Virus record (IMG/VR): IMGVR_UViG_3300036820_000012
Coordinates: 16,724-80,723 of that record
Strand: one strand, 5' to 3'
DNA: 64,000 nt
Source: a virus
Shown here: piece after piece, positions 1 through 9,213 of the stretch
How the letters are laid out: every line of letters starts with the position of its first letter
Position numbering within the stretch: position 1 is the first letter of the stretch
Translations under genes and position numbers: made by a program
The notes under the pieces: model-generated
What the model was told of the DNA's origin: nothing
Database searches by the model: none
What the model saw: the letters and a program-made list of their open reading frames with translations, nothing else

Positions 1-163
1 CGTCGTCCTGCTGCCAGCCGACACGGCCGATGACTGGTACGAGTTCGGAGGCCGCTGCACCTGCAATCCGGACTACGACGACGCGGAAGCCGGGAAGCGC
101 TGCGCCCACAACGACATGGCTCGGCTTCGCGCGGTGCTTGCGCCAGAGCAGGAGGGGTGACCG

Positions 164-400
164 GTGGCTGAGCAGCTGCGCACCCACGCCATCACCACCC
201 TCGCCGAGCTCGAGAAGGCGATCGCCGAAGCCGTGGACGAAGCCTCCGACGCTGTGGCACCCGGTGCTGAGTTCCGCAAGGCACTGGCGCGGCGCATCTA
301 CGTGGATGCGTGTGAGTTCGCTGCGGCAGAGGCAGAGAGGGTTGCCCGGCCTGCGTACCGGAACTGGAAAGAGCGGCAGCAGGAGGCGAAGCCAGCGTGA
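164..400 (+). CDS. Hypothetical phage protein
   Basis: GGAGG RBS upstream; GTGA overlap with next gene. Confidence 0.7.
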   Translation: MAEQLRTHAITTLAELEKAIAEAVDEASDAVAPGAEFRKALARRIYVDACEFAAAEAERVARPAYRNWKERQQEAKPA

Positions 401-753
401 TCTTCAACTTCGCTGCCGGCTTGCTGCTGCCGCCGCTGTCGGGCGTGGGCTGGCACTGGTTCTACCGGATCTTCCGCGTCCGCGCCTCCGTGCTCAGCGG
501 GTGGATGTGCAGCGCTGTCGTCGGCGGGACGTACTCCGTGATCCAGAAGGAGGACGCCTTCGCTGCGGGAGGCGGGATCAGCCTCATGATCGCGCTGGCC
601 ATCTGGCTCTGGCGCAGGCGGGAGGGCCGCAAGCGGGCCCCTAAGGCTCTCGGCTACAAGGCCCGTGCCCTCGTCGCTGCTCTTGTCCAGCGGGCCCGTG
701 AAGCCGCACAGCCCAGGCCAGTTCTGAAACCGCAGCGAGGAGGGGCGTTGTGA
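397..753 (+). CDS. Membrane protein (about 3 TM)
   Basis: Hydrophobic segments then basic tail; coupled to upstream gene. Confidence 0.7.
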   Translation: MIFNFAAGLLLPPLSGVGWHWFYRIFRVRASVLSGWMCSAVVGGTYSVIQKEDAFAAGGGISLMIALAIWLWRRREGRKRAPKALGYKARALVAALVQRAREAAQPRPVLKPQRGGAL

Positions 754-845
754 AACGCCGTGGCGGCAAACGCTTCTCGTCGGCGGGGCCGCGTGTGGAT
801 GACCCGGAATCAATGGACGGTACATGGAAGGTGTGCGAACGGAGG

Positions 846-932
846 TTCCGGTGTTCCTGTCGTCAGCTTCCGGTGTTCTGCGCGACGTTCCGGTGTTGCG
901 CGTCAGGATCACGTGATCCTGGTTCCGGTGTT
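846..932. repeat. Iteron-like repeats TTCCGGTGTT x4 plus 18-bp palindrome
   Basis: Copies at 846, 868, 888, 923; CAGGATCACGTGATCCTG at 904-921. Confidence 0.85.
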
Positions 933-1331
933 CCACTCAGCCTCAGCCTTCCGGGCGAGTGCAATCTTGCGCTCGTCGGCGCACAGCACGAAGACGCTGG
1001 CCCATCCACGCCGACCGTGGAACTTCCCGTTGGAGTGCCGGTACAGCAGGCCCTCCTCGAGCAGCACGTTGACGTGCTCGCGGACGGCCCGGGTGGACAG
1101 TCCCGTGGCCTGAGCGAGAAGCCGCTCACCGGGGCGCACGTTCTCGCCCGTGCCGTAGTCGGCGAAGGTGGCCAGCGCGTAGGCGACGGCCTTGGTCGTG
1201 GACGCGAGCGGCAGCCAGCGGATCAGGGGCACCCAGTCTTTGGGCGGCTGGGCCACGAGTTGGCGGGCGGTCACTGCTCGCTCGCCGTGCGGGGAGTGCC
1301 ACGGTGAGTCACCGCGCGAGTCCGTGGACAA
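909..1331 (-). CDS. Winged-HTH replication-initiator-like protein (short, possibly truncated)
   Basis: AVAYALATFADY..G..VRPGERLLAQATGLSTRAVREHVNVLLEEGLL resembles the N-terminal HTH of phage replisome organisers; repeats at its 3' end. Confidence 0.7.
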   Translation of the reverse strand: MSTDSRGDSPWHSPHGERAVTARQLVAQPPKDWVPLIRWLPLASTTKAVAYALATFADYGTGENVRPGERLLAQATGLSTRAVREHVNVLLEEGLLYRHSNGKFHGRRGWASVFVLCADERKIALARKAEAEWNTGTRIT

Positions 1332-1434
1332 GTAGGGGCACTTCGCTTAGCATGAGGGCGTTCCTTGGGCTAACGGGGGCACGCAGGGCCGGTTATCTCT
1401 TGGCAGGGAGACCGGCCTTTCGCATGCGCGAGGG

Positions 1435-1668
1435 CTATTCAGGCTTGCGGGCCGGCCTCTGCGGCATGTCGTCGATGTCGCCCACGTACCACCGGGCGAA
1501 CTTGCGCAGAAGTGCGGAGCGGTTGGAGTCGGGGTCGGCGCGCTTAGCCGACTCGTCCAGCCGCCGCCATAGGTCGTCATCCATGCGGATGCGCCGGAAT
1601 GGCGTTCCCTCTTGGGCCACGTGCTCTCCGTTGTCGGGCTTGCTGTCGTCCACCGGACATCCTCTCAT
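1435..1668 (-). CDS. Ribbon-helix-helix (Arc/CopG-like) DNA-binding protein
   Basis: TPFRRIRMDDDLWRRLDESAKRADPDSNRSALLRKFARWYV fits the RHH pattern. Confidence 0.75.
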   Translation of the reverse strand: MRGCPVDDSKPDNGEHVAQEGTPFRRIRMDDDLWRRLDESAKRADPDSNRSALLRKFARWYVGDIDDMPQRPARKPE

Positions 1669-1673
1669 GTGGG

Positions 1674-1702
1674 TTGACTGTGCCTACAGTATGCCCTACG
1701 CT
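1674..1702 (+). promoter_or_regulatory. Sigma70-type promoter for the rightward early operon
   Basis: TTGACT-17 nt-TACGCT; spacer holds a TGCC(C)TAC direct repeat; divergent from the RHH gene. Confidence 0.7.
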
Positions 1703-1733
1703 GGGGAGGACAGCAAGCGATCTAGGAGTACCG

Positions 1734-2093
1734 ATGAGCGTGACCCTCACCACCATCGAGGCGACTGGCGACGCCATCGCGGTCCTGCGTGACGCTGGCT
1801 ACCCCGGCGCGTACTTCGCCCCGGACGGCGGCGTCACGGTCGAGAGCCACGAGTCCGCATACCCCGGAATCCAGCGCGCCGATCACACGCCGAAGGCGAT
1901 CCGCACCGTCGTGCGGAAGGCCGCGCCGCGGACCGATCTCAGCGCCGCCACCGTTGCGCTCCGCTCGCTGCCGGGCGTCCTCCAGATCTCGGCGGACGCC
2001 GACACCGTGATCGTCATCCGCAACAAGGATCACTGCGGCCATCCCGGCTGCGTCTTCACGACGCCGCACACCCATGGAGGGATCGCGCCGTGA
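1734..2093 (+). CDS. Hypothetical protein
   Basis: AGGAG RBS, ATG at 1734, GC3-rich codons. Confidence 0.7.
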   Translation: MSVTLTTIEATGDAIAVLRDAGYPGAYFAPDGGVTVESHESAYPGIQRADHTPKAIRTVVRKAAPRTDLSAATVALRSLPGVLQISADADTVIVIRNKDHCGHPGCVFTTPHTHGGIAP

Positions 2094-2305
2094 GCGTCAC
2101 CGCCCGCGACATCCTTCTCGACGCCGATACCTTCCGCCGGGCGTATCCGCACTGGCCGCACCCAGAGCCAGAGCCCGTCACCAGCGACTCGCGCTACGAC
2201 TCCGTCCGGACCATGCTGCACAACCGCTACAACGGCGTCATCCCAGTCACTGACGAGATGGTCCTGGCAGTCCTGGACGCGATAGACGAGGAGGCAGGGC
2301 AGTGA
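2090..2305 (+). CDS. Hypothetical protein
   Basis: Start/stop overlap chain. Confidence 0.7.
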   Translation: MSVTARDILLDADTFRRAYPHWPHPEPEPVTSDSRYDSVRTMLHNRYNGVIPVTDEMVLAVLDAIDEEAGQ

Positions 2306-2559
2306 CCGACCTACCGCGCGGCTCACTGAAAGCTGGAGCCGAAGCCATCGACGGCGACCGCAAGACCGCCGAGGCAGTCCTGCGCGCAGCAATGCCGCAC
2401 ATCGAACGGGACGTGCGCCGCCAGATGGCCCGGCAGATGAAGAACGGCGCCATCGGCCTGGACCTGTACGGCACCTACTACGCGTGGCAGCGGTCACTGA
2501 GCCACGCTGCGCGGTCCGGGCTGCTGCCTGAGCCCGCAGATACGGAGGAGTCCCGATGA
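2302..2559 (+). CDS. Hypothetical protein
   Basis: Start/stop overlap chain. Confidence 0.7.
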   Translation: MTDLPRGSLKAGAEAIDGDRKTAEAVLRAAMPHIERDVRRQMARQMKNGAIGLDLYGTYYAWQRSLSHAARSGLLPEPADTEESR

Positions 2560-2861
2560 CCAGCCAGCCCACACCCGACACCCTCGCCGCGCTGCTGCGC
2601 GAGACCTTCGCCGAGTACGACGGCGACCACATGGGCTTCCACGTCTACAAGGCAGTCCTTCGCCAGGTGATCATCGTGGAGATCCGCGGCGTCGACCTGC
2701 TGCCGTTCAATCCCGGCGAGGGGCCGAGGGCGGTCCTGGATGACTACGCGGCGGTGATCGCCGCTGCGGGCCATGAGGTGTGCAGCACGGGCTCGGTGCT
2801 CATGGTGTCGCCCACCCCTCCCACCTCCCCACCTGACCCAGCGCTGAGGAGCGAGCAATGA
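2556..2861 (+). CDS. Hypothetical protein
   Basis: ATGA overlap, GGAGGAG RBS. Confidence 0.7.
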   Translation: MTSQPTPDTLAALLRETFAEYDGDHMGFHVYKAVLRQVIIVEIRGVDLLPFNPGEGPRAVLDDYAAVIAAAGHEVCSTGSVLMVSPTPPTSPPDPALRSEQ

Positions 2862-3262
2862 CCGAGACCACGACTACGGAGCGAGCGTTTGACCGCCGCT
2901 GCCTTTGCCGCAAGCCCATCAGGAAACTGGCCCCCGAGAACCCCGAAGGCAACGCGTGGGAGGACGAGAAGGGCGACCTCTGGCACGAAGGCGGTGCGCT
3001 GCACGCACCAGACCCGGCATGGAAGCCACCTGAGACCGCGCCCTTCGTTTACGGCGTCGTCTTCTGCGGCGCCGACTGGGTCAGCGACTACTTCGGCGGC
3101 TGCCACGCGCACTCCCGCTACCGGGTGGAGCGCCCCGGCGACGGCTACGAGCCAGCCGAAGCGTGCCCAGCCCATCTCGCTGACATGATCGCCTACCTCG
3201 TGGACGGCGATGACGTGGCGGCCACGGTGCACGTCCGGTGGGACGAGGAGGACTCCCCGTGA
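2858..3262 (+). CDS. Hypothetical Cys/His-containing protein
   Basis: ATGA overlap, RBS. Confidence 0.7.
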   Translation: MTETTTTERAFDRRCLCRKPIRKLAPENPEGNAWEDEKGDLWHEGGALHAPDPAWKPPETAPFVYGVVFCGADWVSDYFGGCHAHSRYRVERPGDGYEPAEACPAHLADMIAYLVDGDDVAATVHVRWDEEDSP

Positions 3263-3621
3263 CCACCGCCACCCTCCCGCTCCAGCCGGGCTGCATCCGT
3301 CTCATGCTCATCTGGGACGTGGCAGGCATCAGGATCATCAACGCGGACGTCTTCACCGACGCCGCCGAGGCAGCCCAGGCCCGCGCGAACCTGCGGGCCG
3401 GCCTGGATAGCGAGTTCCGCGACTATCCCGTCTCGCTGCCGGGGTTCATCTCGGCCGCATCCCTCCGTGAGCATCTGGAACGGCAGGCAGGCATCGAGCA
3501 CGAACTCGGCGACGACTACTCCGAGCGCGACATGAACGACGCGTACGAGCACTGGGGCGCTGCCCGCGGGTTCCGGGAAGCCGTCAAGCACATCGATCAC
3601 GAACTGGAGACATCCCGATGA
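3259..3621 (+). CDS. Hypothetical protein
   Basis: GTGA overlap, RBS. Confidence 0.7.
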   Translation: MTTATLPLQPGCIRLMLIWDVAGIRIINADVFTDAAEAAQARANLRAGLDSEFRDYPVSLPGFISAASLREHLERQAGIEHELGDDYSERDMNDAYEHWGAARGFREAVKHIDHELETSR

Positions 3622-3911
3622 CCACCCGCCAGCCACCCCCTGACCGTGACGCCCCCGAGGGCTACCACCTGGTCGCCGTCCCCGAGGCCATAGGGCACTG
3701 GAGGGTGGCCGACGGGAAGCCGTGCCGCTATGCCCGGCAGGGTCACATCCGGTGCGGCCAGCCGTCTGTCGCCGAGATCCAGCGCGGAACCGTGCGGCGC
3801 CAGTGGTGGGCCTACTGCGAAACCCACGCCTACAGCCGCTGGGTCGAGAACGGGCGCGTCTGGGTCTGGATCCTGCGGGCCGACGATGACGAACTGGAGA
3901 CGGCCCGATGA
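3618..3911 (+). CDS. Hypothetical protein flanked by direct repeats
   Basis: ATGA overlaps; near-identical 33-bp boundary sequence at both ends. Confidence 0.7.
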   Translation: MTTRQPPPDRDAPEGYHLVAVPEAIGHWRVADGKPCRYARQGHIRCGQPSVAEIQRGTVRRQWWAYCETHAYSRWVENGRVWVWILRADDDELETAR

Positions 3912-4120
3912 CCACCGAAGCTCTGGACTGGCCAGCCGCACGCAAGGCCATCGACACCGCCATAGAACGCGCCCGGATCGAGATCGGGCGCACGGTCGAG
4001 GGTGCGCTGTACGAGCTCGGTGACGTCGGGAAGCGCATCGAGGCCACCATCCTGAGCCAGGTGCAGGACTCCCTGGACGACATAGACCAGACCGTGCCAC
4101 CGGAGGAAGACGATGGCTGA
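3908..4120 (+). CDS. Hypothetical protein
   Basis: ATGA overlap. Confidence 0.7.
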   Translation: MTTEALDWPAARKAIDTAIERARIEIGRTVEGALYELGDVGKRIEATILSQVQDSLDDIDQTVPPEEDDG

Positions 4121-4361
4121 CGAGCGCCCCCCCAACATCCACCTCGGCGCCGAGGCGACCGGCATCAAGGTCGGCCACGCCTGGACCGATGAGTGGGGTA
4201 CCACCCACGGCTCGCTGGACTTCGCCGCCTACAGCGACATCGTGTTCCACGACCCGCACCAGCCGCGCCACGTTGCTGCACTGCTGGAGGAACTCGCCGC
4301 AGCGATGGAGGCCGAGGCCGCAAGAGCGGAAGCAGAGAAGGAGGAACCCGATGGCGACTGA
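4113..4361 (+). CDS. Hypothetical protein
   Basis: RBS, overlap chain. Confidence 0.7.
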   Translation: MADERPPNIHLGAEATGIKVGHAWTDEWGTTHGSLDFAAYSDIVFHDPHQPRHVAALLEELAAAMEAEAARAEAEKEEPDGD

Positions 4362-4848
4362 GACTGACCCCGTAACCGCCGAACTGGCCAAGATCTGCGC
4401 GATCACGGACGCGGCGACGCAAGGCCCGTGGGAGCACCTGCTTGACAACGAGGTCACCTACGGCTATCGGCGCGAAGGCTCCAAGCACATCGCTACCTGG
4501 ATCGCCACAGCCGGCGAAGGTGACGAGGACATCAGCGAGGAGGAGGACGACGCCAACGCCGACTTCATTGCTGCTGCCCGGTCCTACGTCCCCGTTCTCC
4601 TCGCTGCGGTTGAAGCGGTGCTGGCGCTCCACCAGCCGGGGCCCTTCGTGCTGCTCGGCGCCCTGTGCAAGGACCATGCGGTGTGCCGCGACTTCTCGAT
4701 TACCAGCAATGAGGCAGATCGCGTCAGGGCCTGCCCGGACTGCTCGGCGACCGTCAGGGTCTCCTGCACCTGCGGCTACCCGGATATCGAACGCTGCCCG
4801 CACCGTGAGGCCATCACCGCCAAACTGCTCAGCGAGGAGGGGGAGTGA
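4351..4848 (+). CDS. Ead/Ea22-like phage protein with Cys-rich C-terminus
   Basis: AATQGPW...ANADFIAAARSYVPVLL motif. Confidence 0.55.
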   Translation: MATETDPVTAELAKICAITDAATQGPWEHLLDNEVTYGYRREGSKHIATWIATAGEGDEDISEEEDDANADFIAAARSYVPVLLAAVEAVLALHQPGPFVLLGALCKDHAVCRDFSITSNEADRVRACPDCSATVRVSCTCGYPDIERCPHREAITAKLLSEEGE

Positions 4849-5201
4849 ACAAGGAAGCGCTGGACTGGCTCGGCGAGGTCGTCCCCGTCTTCCGGGAGGC
4901 ACCGGCCGCCAACTATCCGCTGGCCGCCATCGGCGGATGGTCGCACGCCAATACCACTGTCCGCGAGGTTGCCGCCGAACCGGAGTTCTGGGAGTACGCG
5001 GACCTGCCGCGAGCCGAACTGGAGGCGCGCATCGCGGCAGCCGACGGCATCGAGCCCGCCCACGCGCTCTACGGCTGCACGTTCCTGTCTGGCGAGGTTC
5101 TTCTCGTTGACGGCTGCCACCGCTGGGCTGCCGCCGCAGCCCTCGGCTTCACGATCGCGCCGGTAGAGATGGCGTTCGAGCTGGTGAAGACCGATGACTG
5201 A
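4845..5201 (+). CDS. ParB/Sulfiredoxin-like domain protein
   Basis: LLVDGCHRWAAAAALGFTIAPV resembles the DGHHR..AA...G...PV motif. Confidence 0.6.
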   Translation: MNKEALDWLGEVVPVFREAPAANYPLAAIGGWSHANTTVREVAAEPEFWEYADLPRAELEARIAAADGIEPAHALYGCTFLSGEVLLVDGCHRWAAAAALGFTIAPVEMAFELVKTDD

Positions 5202-5433
5202 CACCGCCTTCGTCACCGCCTTCCTCGAGGACGTCCGCGCCCAGGCACAGCAGGGCATGGTTCCCGCTGACGACGCGCTCAGGCTGCTGGCCATCGCCCA
5301 GGGCGTGCTGGACCTCGCCGACGGCTGGGAGGACAAAGCCACCACGCAGTACGCAGCTGTCCGGCAGTGCGCGGACGAGCTAAGGCGGCGGGTGGAACGG
5401 GAACTGCTCGGCGAGGGGGAGAGCGATGCCTGA
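5194..5433 (+). CDS. Hypothetical protein
   Basis: Overlap chain. Confidence 0.65.
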   Translation: MTDTAFVTAFLEDVRAQAQQGMVPADDALRLLAIAQGVLDLADGWEDKATTQYAAVRQCADELRRRVERELLGEGESDA

Positions 5434-5971
5434 CCCCGGAGAGCGCGTGGCCGAGACGAGCGGCCACCAGCATCGTTGGACTAGGCGCAGCTGGAAGGCG
5501 CAGCGCAGGTTCTGCGTCTGCGGCGAATGGGAGCCGGAGCCCGAGACGCCACTCCGCCCCCCACCCGAGCCGTGGATGACGCCCGAGGAAATGCTCCGCG
5601 AGTTCCACGAGACGGCCGGCCTCAGGCTGCCGGATCACCCGACGTTCGACATCGGCGCCGAGTTCGTCTCCGACGAGGTGCGGCAGAAAATGCTGGACTC
5701 CGAGGTGCAGGAACTCCGCGATGCCGTGGCGGCCGGGAACCTCACCGAAATAGCCGACGCGCTGGCCGACATCGTCTATGTCGCGGTCGGAACAGCGGTG
5801 ACCTACGGCATCCCGTTCGACGCGGTTTTTACTGAGGTCCACCGCAGCAATATGACCAAGTTCCTGCCGGGCGGCCCCGTGATCAACGAGGACGGGAAGA
5901 TCGTCAAAGGGACTGGCTACAAGCCGCCGCGCATCGCCGAACTACTCGGCAAGGAGACGGACCATGCCTGA
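5426..5971 (+). CDS. MazG-like nucleoside triphosphate pyrophosphohydrolase
   Basis: REFH...EVQELRDA....EIADALADIVYVAVGTA...EVHRSNMTK...DGKIVKG..YKPP. Confidence 0.85.
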   Translation: MPDPGERVAETSGHQHRWTRRSWKAQRRFCVCGEWEPEPETPLRPPPEPWMTPEEMLREFHETAGLRLPDHPTFDIGAEFVSDEVRQKMLDSEVQELRDAVAAGNLTEIADALADIVYVAVGTAVTYGIPFDAVFTEVHRSNMTKFLPGGPVINEDGKIVKGTGYKPPRIAELLGKETDHA

Positions 5972-6293
5972 CTACCCAGACGAGGCCGTCCAGCGCGCCG
6001 CCGAGGTGATGCTGCGCCAGTACGAGAGCCAGTACGACGCGGCCCATCTCACCTGGCAGGACTTCGCCGATGACGCCAAGGCAATCCTGGACGCCGCCGC
6101 ACCTTCCCTCGCTGAGCCTTATGAGGATCTGCTCGGCAGCATCCACCTCTACATCCCCTGGCGCTTCGTCACGCTGCACCTCACGACGGAGCAGAAGGAA
6201 CTGTGGGCCGACGCGGTTGAGGCATGGTCAGCACGGCTGAACGCGGGCACCGAGGAGACGGCGACGGTCGACCGGTGGTGGCGTGATGCCTGA
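5964..6293 (+). CDS. Hypothetical protein
   Basis: RBS, overlap chain. Confidence 0.7.
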   Translation: MPDYPDEAVQRAAEVMLRQYESQYDAAHLTWQDFADDAKAILDAAAPSLAEPYEDLLGSIHLYIPWRFVTLHLTTEQKELWADAVEAWSARLNAGTEETATVDRWWRDA

Positions 6294-6609
6294 CCTGTCC
6301 CTCCTCCTCGGTGCCGCTGTCTTCGCCGCAGGCATGCTCACGGGACGGCTGTGGCCAGCGCGGCGCAAGCACCCGAAGCCGCCGAAGGCCGTGAAGCCCA
6401 CCTGCGGCTGTAAGCACGACCTGGCACACCACGAGCCAGACGGCAATGGCGGGGGAACCGTCTGCCACGGCACGCGCTCCGTGCCCATCGGGTGGAACAT
6501 CTACGGTGAGGAGCGGCAGTGGCGCGAGGAGCCATGCACCTGCAGGCAGTACACAGGAGCAAGGATCATCGACCCTGGCTACGTGGCCAGGGAACTGACG
6601 GAGGGTTAG
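6283..6609 (+). CDS. Membrane-anchored Cys/His zinc-binding protein
   Basis: N-terminal TM; CGCKH...H...C...CTC. Confidence 0.65.
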   Translation: MMPDLSLLLGAAVFAAGMLTGRLWPARRKHPKPPKAVKPTCGCKHDLAHHEPDGNGGGTVCHGTRSVPIGWNIYGEERQWREEPCTCRQYTGARIIDPGYVARELTEG

Positions 6610-6619
6610 CCTGAGTCCC

Positions 6620-6871
6620 GTGACCGACGACACCGCCTACCTCCAGGCAATCCTTGACAGGGGAGGCTGGCCGCCGCCAGGCGTGTATCAGATCAGCGCT
6701 CCGCTGACTCTGACAGGTGGCGGCGGCGGGTGGACTTCCGGTATCGCGGGCGCTAACGGAGGCTCAGGCGCCCCGAGCACCACGGCTGCCGTTCTCGCTG
6801 AGATTGACGCGGTCCTTGAAGACTGGGAAGACGACGAGGACGCCGCGCGGTGGCGGCCGGATGGCGAGTGA
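6620..6871 (+). CDS. Hypothetical protein
   Basis: ORF continuing the operon. Confidence 0.55.
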   Translation: MTDDTAYLQAILDRGGWPPPGVYQISAPLTLTGGGGGWTSGIAGANGGSGAPSTTAAVLAEIDAVLEDWEDDEDAARWRPDGE

Positions 6872-7115
6872 CGGCCCGGTCATCCTCACCGCGTTCTGTC
6901 CGCCCGTCTGTGAGCACGGCCACGTCCTGCGTTACGGGGGCCGCAAGGACGCCAGGTTCCTGCCGAACAGAGTCACAGTCTCGTTCGCTACCTGCGACTG
7001 CCCGGCAGCCAGAGCGAAACCCGGTGCGTCAGGGCACATCGCCGTGCTCTGCCGCCGTTGCGAAGACGCAGGAGTTGAGACCTTGTTCTACGACCCTCCC
7101 CACGTTCCCGGTTAG
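6861..7115 (+). CDS. Hypothetical Cys-rich protein
   Basis: CEHGH...CDC...H..V.CRRC; converges on the GIY-YIG gene. Confidence 0.6.
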   Translation: MASDGPVILTAFCPPVCEHGHVLRYGGRKDARFLPNRVTVSFATCDCPAARAKPGASGHIAVLCRRCEDAGVETLFYDPPHVPG

Positions 7116-8527
7116 GGCGCGGGAGGGGCAGACCCCCAAAGTGCGTGGACCTCGGCCAGATAGTCGTCCGGGCTCATATGGTCAGGCTGGGCGAGGCCCC
7201 TGCGAACCAGCGCGCCGCTGATTGCCCGTGCCTCGATGACTCCGCGCCCTGACCAGTTGTAGTAGTCCGGGAGTGCGACGGCAGGCAACGTCTGCGCTGA
7301 GCGGTCGGCGGCCCGCCGGACCCCTACGCCAGCCGAATGCGGGCCGAGGCGCTCAACCAGCGCCTGGAGCACGCGGCCCGTAGTGCCCGCTGGCAGGCTG
7401 AGGCTGAGATCTAGGTCGCGGGCGACATCATTGCCGAAGGCCGAATCGAGCGCGCCCGGGTCCAGTTGCACGAGCAGATCGGCCATGGGCCGCGTCAGCA
7501 TGTGGTCTCTGGCAGCATCGCTCAGGACGCCCCCGACATTGGACCGGATGGCCGGTGCCGGGATCACGTCCGAATACGCGGCCGAAACTGCGCCGAGCAG
7601 GTAACCCGGGCCCTCTTCCCACGGTTTGCGGCCTACCGACAGCTTCGCCAGCATCCCATCACCACGGCCAGCCAGGAAGCCGAGCGCCTCTCTGACCGCA
7701 GCATCTTGGCCGGCCCACCTGGTGAAGGATGCGTCATCCATTGGCAGCCCTGCGAGTTCCGCCAGGTGTCGCCATGGGTCCACCGCCACCATGTACCAGA
7801 CGATCAGCGCCAGGAACTGGGAGGCGTCCTCGCGCCTGCCGCATGGCGTTTCTGACGCACGAGAGAAGTTGCGCTGCATCCGCGGGCCGAAGAAATCGTC
7901 GCTCATCCCGCGGACTTGCCCCCACGTCCGGCGCGTCTCGCGCCACAGGTACTCCGCCGCGCCGTCCTGCTCGCTGCTCAGGGCGCGCCAGAGTTCGTGC
8001 TTCCCGGCAGTCCTGGTCAGCGACCTCATGTACTCGTGGTGGCGTGGGCCCACTTTCGACATGAAGCGCCACGACACGTCCGGGATCGTGATCTCGGGCA
8101 GGTCGCCGGGCGGCACCGGGCCGCCCAGGACGGACATGGCGAGGTCGGCTAGTTCTGCCCAGCCCGCTCGCTCAGATGCTTTGCGTTCCGCGTCGTGGCG
8201 CTCGTACAGCAGCTCGCGCCCGAGTGCTGTCGCTTGTTCATTCAGGAGCGTGCCGCCCGCGGCGACGATGCGCGTGATCTCTTCGCTCTCGGCTACGAGA
8301 AGATCCCCTGCCGGTACGTCCTCCCGGATTGGGACCATCAGGGGCCTAAGCCCGGCGTTCCGCAATTCGGCTATCCAGGAGCGCACTCGCCGCGCATAGC
8401 TACCGCGCAGGCGCTCCGGGAGAGTCTTGGTGGTCTGGCCGATGTACTTCAACTGGTCGTCGCGCGGGTCAACGAGTCCGTAGACGGTGCCCGTGGCGGG
8501 GGGTGCCGCAGTTGTCGTCGCCATCAT
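7112..8527 (-). CDS. GIY-YIG nuclease domain fused to a large unknown helical domain
   Basis: VYGLVDPRDDQLKYIGQT...ER...E..I......LLN; ATGA-coupled to the recombinase gene. Confidence 0.75.
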   Translation of the reverse strand: MMATTTAAPPATGTVYGLVDPRDDQLKYIGQTTKTLPERLRGSYARRVRSWIAELRNAGLRPLMVPIREDVPAGDLLVAESEEITRIVAAGGTLLNEQATALGRELLYERHDAERKASERAGWAELADLAMSVLGGPVPPGDLPEITIPDVSWRFMSKVGPRHHEYMRSLTRTAGKHELWRALSSEQDGAAEYLWRETRRTWGQVRGMSDDFFGPRMQRNFSRASETPCGRREDASQFLALIVWYMVAVDPWRHLAELAGLPMDDASFTRWAGQDAAVREALGFLAGRGDGMLAKLSVGRKPWEEGPGYLLGAVSAAYSDVIPAPAIRSNVGGVLSDAARDHMLTRPMADLLVQLDPGALDSAFGNDVARDLDLSLSLPAGTTGRVLQALVERLGPHSAGVGVRRAADRSAQTLPAVALPDYYNWSGRGVIEARAISGALVRRGLAQPDHMSPDDYLAEVHALWGSAPPAP

Positions 8528-9177
8528 GCGTCCACGTGCGGCAGGTCGACGGCTTGCAGCGCCGCGATGGCCTCACGGTTGGTGAGGTGTGACAGATAGC
8601 GGTGGGTCACGGCGATGGATGAGTGGCCCAGCAACTTTGAAATCTGGGTCACCGGCACGCCTGCCGTCTCAAGCTCAGCCGCATAGGTGTGCCGCAGACC
8701 GTGGGGCGTCACCCGCTTTTCCACCCCCGCCTCTGCAGCGAGGCGGTGAAGCATCAGCCGCACATACTGGGCCCGTAGCGGGGAACCCCTGAGGGTGCAG
8801 AACAGCGGGCCCCGGATGCCCATGGCCTTCCGGGTGTCGATCCACCTTGCCACCGCGTCCGTGGCGCTCAGGTGGAAACCGCGAGTCGTGGCCACGTCGC
8901 CCTTGCCGTGAAGCACGCGGATGCTGTGCTCGCTCAGGCTGACGTCAGACACCTTGAGCGGGGGTATGTCCCGCCGGTCATCCCCGACCGCCTCCGCGAC
9001 CCGCAGCCCGGAGCGGTACAGCAGCATCAGGAGCGCGCGATTGCGGATACCTGTCGGTGCTGCGGCTGAGCAGCCCGCGATTATGGCCTGGACTTCATCG
9101 GTCGTCAGGACCTGGGGTGGGTACTTCTCACCCTTGTTGGCAGGCTCCTGGCCCTTCACCGAGCCAAACTGCACCAT
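8524..9177 (-). CDS. Short tyrosine recombinase (catalytic domain only)
   Basis: RNRALLMLLYRSGLRVAEA...GKG...HGLRHTYA...LLGHSSIAVTHRY; GGAGG RBS before ATG 9177. Confidence 0.92.
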   Translation of the reverse strand: MVQFGSVKGQEPANKGEKYPPQVLTTDEVQAIIAGCSAAAPTGIRNRALLMLLYRSGLRVAEAVGDDRRDIPPLKVSDVSLSEHSIRVLHGKGDVATTRGFHLSATDAVARWIDTRKAMGIRGPLFCTLRGSPLRAQYVRLMLHRLAAEAGVEKRVTPHGLRHTYAAELETAGVPVTQISKLLGHSSIAVTHRYLSHLTNREAIAALQAVDLPHVDA

Positions 9178-9213
9178 GCGGGTCCTCCCGGCCGGTTTAG
9201 AAGTGCTACTGCA

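Noticed and set aside
846-932. Repeats here and at 16848-16961 as CRISPR arrays
   Set aside because: Repeats too short, spacers too short or irregular, no cas genes
8524-9177. Tyrosine recombinase as the main phage integrase
   Set aside because: Lacks arm- and core-binding domains; the serine recombinase with an adjacent symmetric site fits better
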